Part shown: positions 55,866 to 64,000 of the stretch, one piece after another
Position numbering within the stretch: position 1 is the stretch's first letter
Layout: each line of letters starts with the position of its first letter
DNA from: Lingula anatina
Lineage: Eukaryota; Animalia; Brachiopoda
Length of the DNA stretch: 64,000 nt
Assembly: GCA_051362555.1 (NCBI GenBank)
Contig: CM120643.1
Span: 28,524,848 to 28,588,847, forward strand
Direction of reading: 5' to 3'
Program-made: the position numbers and the translations under genes
Notes under the pieces: generated by a model
Told to the model about the DNA's origin: nothing
Databases searched by the model: none
Seen by the model: the letters and a program-made list of their open reading frames with translations, nothing else

Positions 55866-56163
55866 CTTTCAAGTATTTTATCCACGGATCTGATAGTCCG
55901 CAGATCATCTTTGGTTGTGCATGCAGCCATAGATATCAAGGGAACGGGTTCCCTGAGGGTGACCTACTCTTTACAATGTGAACTTCTATTTACAGTGTAC
56001 CCATCGAACCCCTTATATTATTATTATTATTATTATTATTTTACGTGGAAAGCATACTCAAGACGTGTGTTTTTATGTACTGGATGCACTAAAAAGAGCT
56101 CGATTTAAAAGTGTGGACATAAAACATACTGCATTTTTATTTCTTACAGATAAGACGAAATGA
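50995..56163 (+). CDS. Gene 3: small secreted two-EGF protein (about 119 aa), paralog of the gene 2 N-terminus
   Basis: Exons 50995-51076 (MILLIFSSLVVGLMAIGNYSYVPDETY), 51370-51492 (FGCWPNPCANNATCIEGEDANPLVYYKCNCTEGYYGYKCTI), 55613-55753 (VECGKNAVCFNATSGLPVIERNDVCDEDIGLHCKCIDGFVGDGFTCT) and probable 56150-56163 (NKTK*). All introns are phase 1. The last exon is the least certain. Confidence 0.75.
52858..55004. mobile_element. Foldback/TIR element with about 700-bp near-identical inverted arms in an intron of gene 3
   Basis: 52858-53559 is the reverse complement of 54283-55004 with few mismatches. Spacer about 720 bp. No ORF, and no clear TSD found. Confidence 0.88.
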
Positions 56164-58012
56164 AGTTCTCCAAAAGGAAATTATCAAAGAAGAGCACAGG
56201 TGGAAGCACAATTAATTTCGTTGGACATGAATCTTAAAATATCTGAGATTGGTGTGTCAATTCAATCATTATAATTGAAAATAAAACATATTGGCATTGC
56301 ATGTAGTATATTTCAGTGTTTACTTATCACAATATCTTATGCCACTTGTATGGTCTTTATTATGCACATGTTGTCAGCTTGGTTTCTTTTCATTTTATTA
56401 TGAAGAAAATCTTATCAACAACAGCAGTTATTTAATTTTCGTATATGTGAATATTTTAGACATGATATATGCGTGAAAGTTATGGAAATTCACAGATTTT
56501 AAACCCTTTATTCACATCCTTTATTTATCTTCCAGATACAATTGATATCTGATTTATATATTTCCATATTTCATTGATTCAACAAGCATTACGTGAAACT
56601 TATGATCCTTCCGTATCCTTTCCTTTATCATGTGACATGCTTAGCACATGCATTATTTTACAAGTAAATAAAAAAAATCGAATACAGACTACAAAACCTT
56701 TAATAAAGAATAAAATGCAGCTTGGATTCAATATATGGCGCAATTAAATTAACACACTTCATAGACAAACACTTTTTCCATTAGTCTTACAATTAATTTC
56801 ATATATTCCAAAAACGTCATGCTGGCATACATTATCACGTCAAGCCAGTGAGTGGTATCAATGTAGAGATGGAATAAGGAATTTGATTGAAAATGCTCCA
56901 AAAGCAGGCGTGGAGGTTCAGGAGAAATGTCCTGTACTGTTCATTTTGGATATTAAAATATATATTTTTATTTAAATTAATACACCGTAATTTATACCAC
57001 AGCTGTTCGCACACACGACCGCACGCGCGTGCACAGGAATACAGAGTATGGTCTGAGAGGGAGCACTTAAACATGCAGGAGCAGCCAATGTGCCTGCAAC
57101 ACAGTCAACTCTACGAATTTTCTATAGCTGTCATTCTTTGCTAGTGGTTACAAAATGTTGAATTTGACCGAAAATGTCAAACTTTCTCTGGGAAGCTGTA
57201 ATTTTGCGATGTGATAGCTACACCATCACAGTTTATCATTTCATAAAAAGGGAAATAGCAGCTTCCCTTTTTAGGGCACACATGAGAGTTGAACAGCTAT
57301 ACCCACCAAATCCAAGACGCGTTACCCTGGGTAATATATTTTGCACAAACTGATGAATTTCTAATGGAATGTTTTCAGTTTTAGTTTAAATCATAAGGGG
57401 AAGTTGTCTCTGGTTTTGAAGAATATAATCCACATTTCATAATTAATAAAACTGGTGAATATGTGGGTCACGGTTACGTTATTGACGCGGGTACAAAAAC
57501 TTTTTATAATCATGTAAATAATAACAATATTTTTGCTATTATCCATACACACTTCAGTCATGAGGGGCACACCACTTTCACATGTTTTTGAAATGGAATT
57601 GACAAACACAGAGGAATAATGCACATATTTTGTTAACTGTAACTCTGTCACATGGGACACACACTGAACAAAGTTGATCTAAAGAATGTTCCATATTGTA
57701 GTTTTTTATCAGAATTATTATTTTTTATTATTATTTTAACACAATAAAGTTCAGTTAAATACAAAATTTAACAAAATGAAGTTCAGTGTAACACAAAGTT
57801 CATAATTTATAACATTCTTCCTGACATCTGTGGACCAATGGTGATATCTGTTCTGTGCTCACTAAGGCATCCACTCTCGGGATTCTGAAAAAAAATCACA
57901 CAAAGAATCTGTTTACTCTGATAACGAACAATGGATAACCTAAGATCAAAAATAGTTTATTGCTTATTCAAACAAAGTACAGTGCATTATGAGTGGCAAA
58001 CACACATTACTG

Positions 58013-58296
58013 CCCGCACGCAAACGAAGTAGATACTCCAGCGCAGTAGACTACTGCAATTCTACTGCAAACATGCTTCAAATCTGCTTCGACTGGGGAG
58101 CTAATTAGCATATTTGAAACATGCTTCTATCATGCTGCAAATCTACTGCATTAATGCTCCTCTTCTGTACGACCCTATGTAATTTTTGAAGTAGAATTGC
58201 AGTAGGCTATGCTGCATTTCTACTGCAAATATGCTCCACACCACTACTGCGTTAATGCTTCTTTGCTACTTCGATACTACTGCATTTTCGTGCGGG
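58013..58296. mobile_element. CACTA/EnSpm-like MITE (CCC termini, 2-bp TG TSD)
   Basis: CCCGCACGCAAA / TTTTCGTGCGGG termini, TG on both flanks, CTACTGC internal repeats. Related decayed copies begin at about 13725 and 41915. Confidence 0.75.
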
Positions 58297-59758
58297 TGAG
58301 ACACATTTTTTTCACCCATTTTCGGTGCTTCATTGCGTAACGTAAGTGTTGCGAGTAATCCATTATTGCTGTTTTTACAGACGGTTAAATTTTAAACTCA
58401 CGGAATACAGTGTAGCAGCTTAATTTAAGACAAAACTAAAAAAAAGTCATTCAATTTCGATGATTGAGTTTTCGAGAACAAGAGAACATGAACACGGTAT
58501 CACCGCGTCACCATGTTCAATATGACCTTTAGTCCCCCATGTGACACAGACGCAAAACGTAGGTTCAGACGAAGTCACCCTACTTATAGAATGGTAAAAA
58601 TCAATCGGTACACAAATATGTTGAAACAATTGAAGAAAAATGAAACGAAACCCATTATTTCTCACCTTCATACAAAGAAGATCCCAATAAACAATCCTGT
58701 GGTGGTTAAATCGAGGGAATTACACCTGTGCTCTGCATCCTATCTCGACAGCGTCACTGCATGATATGTTATCAGAATGGGACACGCGCCAGTTTGAGCT
58801 GGTTTTTCATTGTGCAAAAGAAGCCATTCGTGTGTGAGACGTCATCAGTTAGTGAGTATGGAAGAAGATCGCTATCGATGTATAATTTTCACGCGGCATT
58901 TTAAAGTCGTCTGATAAAAATCGATCTCTAAAGTTTCAGCGTAACGAACGTGATATTGGGACGCGGTGAAGAAAAATCGACCTTGTTGAGCAATAAATGT
59001 GAAATTCTTAAGAAAACTGATATTATTATGGACTTCGTGACACAAACTAACCGACATACTACTTTGGACGATTGAAGAGTTTTAATACGGAAAGATAGGA
59101 TTAGATGAAATTTTCATTGGGGTGGGACACTGCATATAACGTAAGCTACGCTAATTTTGTGATCATTTTTCAGTGACTTCAAATAATTTTTTTTTAAATA
59201 ACCATTTGTACATTCTGTTTATTATATCTTCATGCAGTAGGTGTATTTCCTGCTTCAATAATCCATTCAAACCCTAAACAAACTGTTCTTAAATAGAGGT
59301 AGGGTCGAAATTCCACAAAAATGGACGCCATTTTGAGTGTAATTACGATATATTTTCTGCTTTTTCTCTTATTTTGCTTTTATAACAGCACCCTCTTTGC
59401 TCATGCAGCTTCTTTGATTTGTTATTGAAACATACACAACGATGTCATGAATATTTGGTTGGCTATATAAATTTAAATAACATTCTTGTTATGGCCCCCC
59501 TGCAGTGCACCACCAGCAAAGAATGACTGATAGAGTACAGCTGTAGATGTGTTCTTGAAGCTGAATAAACCATACACGGTTCACCTCAAAGTTAATAAAT
59601 GAATAATTTTTCTTAAAATGTGCACAACTGTAATTTGGTGGCTTGTTTCAATTGTGCCACATTTAACGCGAAAAGTGTAACACGTACTGATAATGCACTA
59701 AAGGCATATCATGTGGATCAGACCTTTATATAGCAAAAAGTACAACTACAACAACAAC

Positions 59759-59814
<56 letters not shown>

Positions 59815-59911
59815 ATCTTAATTATCTTATAATGAGATAAAACAGTTCACTCTGTTAGACTTGGTCAAAACTGAAGTACCTGTTCAGGTGAAGATAAACA
59901 GGGTGGGTTTC

Positions 59912-59988
<77 letters not shown>

Positions 59989-60329
59989 CCATAGTAAAAA
60001 GTGCCATCCCTACCGCAATTATGGTACAATTGTGTCAGCACCAGAAGTCGATTGCAGGTCATGTTGTCAAGATGAAGGTTACGAGTTCTATATGACAATA
60101 AGATTAATGATGGCAGGCGGTGAAGATAAACAGTATTCGCAATCAAGTTAATTTCATTTAAAGTAAGGCATCATCATGTGTTTTTTCAAATATGATACAT
60201 ATAGATATTCTTTTCCCGCGGTTTTGCCATTTTGCTTATTAACGATATGAATAGTTAAGGGTGAAATAAAGAAAGTACCGCCCTAACTTTCTGAAAAGGA
60301 AAGTTTTCAATTAAAACGTATTGCCACCT

Positions 60330-60610
60330 AATTACATGTTGCAGAGACGAGTCCATGTAACAAAACCTAGCATAGAGAAAGACGAAAAGAAATATGTTGA
60401 ATACCAAACCAAGATATAGAAATGTCATTAAGTGTATGAGAGAACAGACCAAGGTGAAGGATGTGCTAATACCAGTCAAAGAAATGGAATGGAAATGGAT
60501 TGGACTTGTCAGTAAAATTAAGGATGACAATGAGACTGGCAAAATGGACACCAACACGTGGTGATAGGAAGCCAGGAGATGAAGAGATGAGTTGGACGAG
60601 TACCGAAAAA
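60330..60610 (+). mobile_element. Decayed RTE-like LINE 3' fragment
   Basis: Reads ..MREQTKVKDVL..KEMEWKWIGLV..WTPTRGDR, resembling the RTE C-terminal KW.WAGHV...W.P..G.R motif. Confidence 0.5.
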
Positions 60611-62489
60611 AAATTTACCACTTATACTATCAGCGCTCCCAGTGCCTAACCAGAACAAACCAGTGTGTCCATTGCATCATTCGACGTTCCGTCAGTGCAA
60701 AATCTCCGAACGTTTAGCGTCACATTTTCCTCGGTTGACATGTCTTTGTCCTCTCTTTTATAATTATATTTTACAATTTCTCAATTCTTGCAAATTTGCA
60801 GCAAATTTGTGATGAATTTGCGAGAGAGCTTACGGCAAGCAGGGAAACAAATGTGTGACTATGTTTCAACTGTAAACCTGTAGAAATGTCCCTTAAGCCA
60901 AATAAACCACACTCGTTTCACTCTGAAAGAAAAATATGACAGAGAACCTCAAAAATGACCTAAGATAACAGAGGACAAATACAAACAGAAATATTCCACT
61001 GCGCACAGTTGTGGATCGGCGTTAACCACACTAGATGTGCCAAATTGTCGTAATCGTCGTCACTGAAAAACAAAACTATTTCTCATTTTAGAACAATTTA
61101 TTCTTTCCAACCAAAAGGAATGCCTATATTGGCGGTAATAAGACTTATTTGACCATCACTTTTTTGGCAGGGCCCGGTTTGATTTCTGAGTTATACTCAC
61201 GCTCTCCTAGCTTTCCAATGATAATAACGGTCAAGGTCATAAGAGAATATGTGTATTTATAACTTTGACTGCTCTCACTGACTGTCCGACTCACCACATT
61301 AACAGAGTCCCAGTCTAATTCTTTAAATTATGGGATATTGGTAACTTGCAATACCTAATAACTGCATTACAAGAAGACATTATGAAGTTGAACTGTTTTC
61401 TAGAATTTTTTTGTTTGTGATTTTGAGAAAACTACATGTGAATGCATGTTGTTCCCGGGACCAGGACAGGAACCAATATAACAGACAACTTGCCTTCAAT
61501 GTCTGGACCAGTGTTAGAGACATCGTAAACAAACACATATTTCACTGGTCATACAGGTAGTTTCATGTTTCCCTTAGCGTTATACTGGTATCCATTACCA
61601 TTTCAGTCGGTAGGGCTGTGTAGGTCTACAATTAGAATAAATAGATTTATGTATGCATATACTAAAATTACATACGAAGGTTTGGGAAACGTATTCCGTA
61701 ATGTTAGTTTTGGATGTCTGGACTAGTATTAGAGACGACGTAAACAAACACATATTTCACTAGTCATACTGGTAGTTTCATGTTTCACTTAGCGTTATAC
61801 TGGTATCCATTACCATTTCAATCGGTAAGGCTGTATCAGTGTACAATTAGAAGATAGATTTATGGATAATCTATCTTAATTACATACGTAGACTTAGGAA
61901 ACAAATTCTGTAATGTTAGTTTCAGTTTCCACCTTACTTAGCACCTGACACTCGCGGGGGAGGGGGGCTCTGAAAATGGCATTTCGACCAACAACTGTGC
62001 GCGAGGAAGGAACGTTAAATGTGCTATGTTTATTATGCCTATCACTATTTGATTATGACCGTCGGTTAAAATATTTTGCCAACTGTACACAGTAGTGGAG
62101 CAGTGTATACCTCACAAGGCTTAAGGTCACACTCTGATCTTCCTCATTGAATGTTATTACGAGATATACAGCTTCACCATAGTGTACAAATTGAAAGTTT
62201 TAAAATATGATCCATATCAATAAACAACATATGTATGGAGTTCATCAGAAAATTGAAGGAATGTGGAACTGAAACAAAATAAATAACAATAACATCTGCC
62301 CTTAAAAAAAACAAAGTTGACATCAGACAGACAGCACGTTTCTATCAGAATATTACCGGTCGTGATACAGAAGAGCGGGCGGGTGGGGGGGGGGGGGGGC
62401 TTAGCACTGGTGTCCCCTTGCAACTTGAAGGCATAAAAGGACACGTGGTAAATGAGGAACCAATAAACAGAAATCTTCAAATGAGAACT

Positions 62490-62613
62490 ATTTTCATTGG
62501 TTGGTTGTGTCAAGTTTGTGCCGAGAGAAGGCGTGGCACGTGCTGGAAGAGTATATAGAGAAACAGGCTTACAAGCCTCATTATCCGAGCTGACTTCCTC
62601 TAGTGAAAACGAG
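62490..62613 (+). promoter_or_regulatory. Putative core promoter and non-coding exon 1 of a fourth paralog (gene 4, continuing beyond the window)
   Basis: ATTGG at about 62496, TATATAGA at 62552, Inr-like TCATT at 62578-62582, donor AAAACGAG|GTAAGT at 62613/62614. 62614-62930 and 63840-63920 match intron 1 of gene 3. Confidence 0.62.
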
Positions 62614-64000
62614 GTAAGTTTTATCTTGTCGGGGATATAATTTTAGCATTGCGACTCTCGCTTTTAATTTATAGTGGAATCGGCGTTGTATTCAATGTAC
62701 ATTACCTAAGTATGAACCATTGGAGACATAATCATAATGTTTTCTATGCAACCGTTTATAGGTACTTGGGTACGTGATAAAGTAGTTATTTTCACATTTT
62801 GATTAGGAAAAAGGCAATAATGGAAAATGAAAATCAGGCGAATGGAACAGACTATATGAAGCAAAACAATACAAATTTTAAACAAAATTCCTTAGGTCAA
62901 CTGATGTAAAATTAAAGGTATCAAATTAACTAGGGCCGTATTCTCCAAACTTTATAACTTATAACAATTTGTAACTATTGATGTGAATTTGTAACTTGGT
63001 CCTACGTGGTATTCTCGAATCTCTTGTTAGTCGAGTATTGAAAAATCTGGAAAAAGATGTGGGATCCCCACAGCTACGATTCCCCAACTTTGCTACTACC
63101 AAAGAACACTTTAATTCATAAAGTGTCAGGTTACTCTAAATTAGAACTTCAGTGATAACTACAATGTTATGTAAAGAATGACACATGTAGATAACTATAA
63201 AAAAGTCAATATGTAAAATCTTTTACAAACCCACACATTACTAGTAAGACTAGTGTTTGGGTATTTAAAACTGTTTAAAGTCATTTAAAGATACCAAGAA
63301 AATTCAAAATCTGAAATTTAACCGTGGCTCAATTTAACAATCTTGAGTAACAACTGAAATGGTTTATATCGCCAAAAAGCTTATTGAATTGGTTTTCTCA
63401 CAACACTAATATCTCTTTCGCGTTCTTTCAAAAATATCAGTTTTCGATATAATTTAAAATTCGGCACCCATACAAACTGCCATACAAACTGCGATTGTGT
63501 ATTGACAACAACGTATTGACAACAACGTATTATTCTTACCGAAATCGTTAACTTTAGGCAACTAATCTGAAATATCCGAAAACTTTTCCTTTCTCGCCGA
63601 TAGTAATACACCCATGGCAAGCAAGTAATGATTTTACTTGCTGTTAAACATGTTCAACATGAAACAGGAGCATAACATTTTGCAGACAAATGTGCATGCG
63701 CACAACCTTTGCAGCGAGTTAAAAGACGTCCAAAGTAGTTGTAAATTTACAGGAATATTGGCACTGAAAACCACATTGATATAACGAAACTAGACACTTA
63801 CATCAGCGCCCCTTTGTAAGTTACAACCGTAGGACATTGACAGCAATCATTGATAATTTCATTTGTGTAGCTAAATTTTCAGCATAAAGTTTGTACCTTA
63901 ATTTTCTTTTCTTCCTTATAATTATATATGCAATAAATCGACCCCAATTAAGCGAGGATTATGTGACAAACACCAGTACCACCCTTGCCGACGAGGGGTC

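Noticed and set aside
56981-58415. Possible TA-flanked DNA transposon
   Set aside because: Only a weak terminal match (TACACCGTA / TACAGTGTA), so the boundaries are not supportable.

Overview
AT-rich, intron-containing eukaryotic DNA. The repeat types suggest a marine invertebrate such as a mollusc or echinoderm, but the taxon cannot be fixed from the sequence. The window is a + strand tandem cluster of related genes for secreted proteins. (1) The last exon of an SRCR gene (11303-11480). (2) A complete gene with 19 coding exons (ATG 27213 to TAA 41031, 973 aa by my manual splicing): signal peptide + EGF + atypical EGF-like + 8 group-A SRCR domains, each SRCR split over an A and a B exon. (3) A probable deleted-gene remnant at about 43.3-45.5 kb. 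(4) A paralog with the same signal peptide/EGF/EGF-like exons but no SRCR exons (about 119 aa, 50995-56163). (5) The promoter and first exon of a further paralog at about 62.6 kb. The rest is mostly mobile DNA: a Helentron-type element carrying a 146-bp satellite, a Penelope-like element with inverted arms and hammerhead ribozymes, IS3EU-, Kolobok-, Harbinger- and CACTA-like non-autonomous elements, a 700-bp-arm foldback, and decayed LINEs. Several insertions are confirmed by empty sites in paralogous copies within the window. Gene models come from splice signals, reading frame and paralog comparison only. There is no transcript evidence, and most ORFs in the supplied track are spurious.
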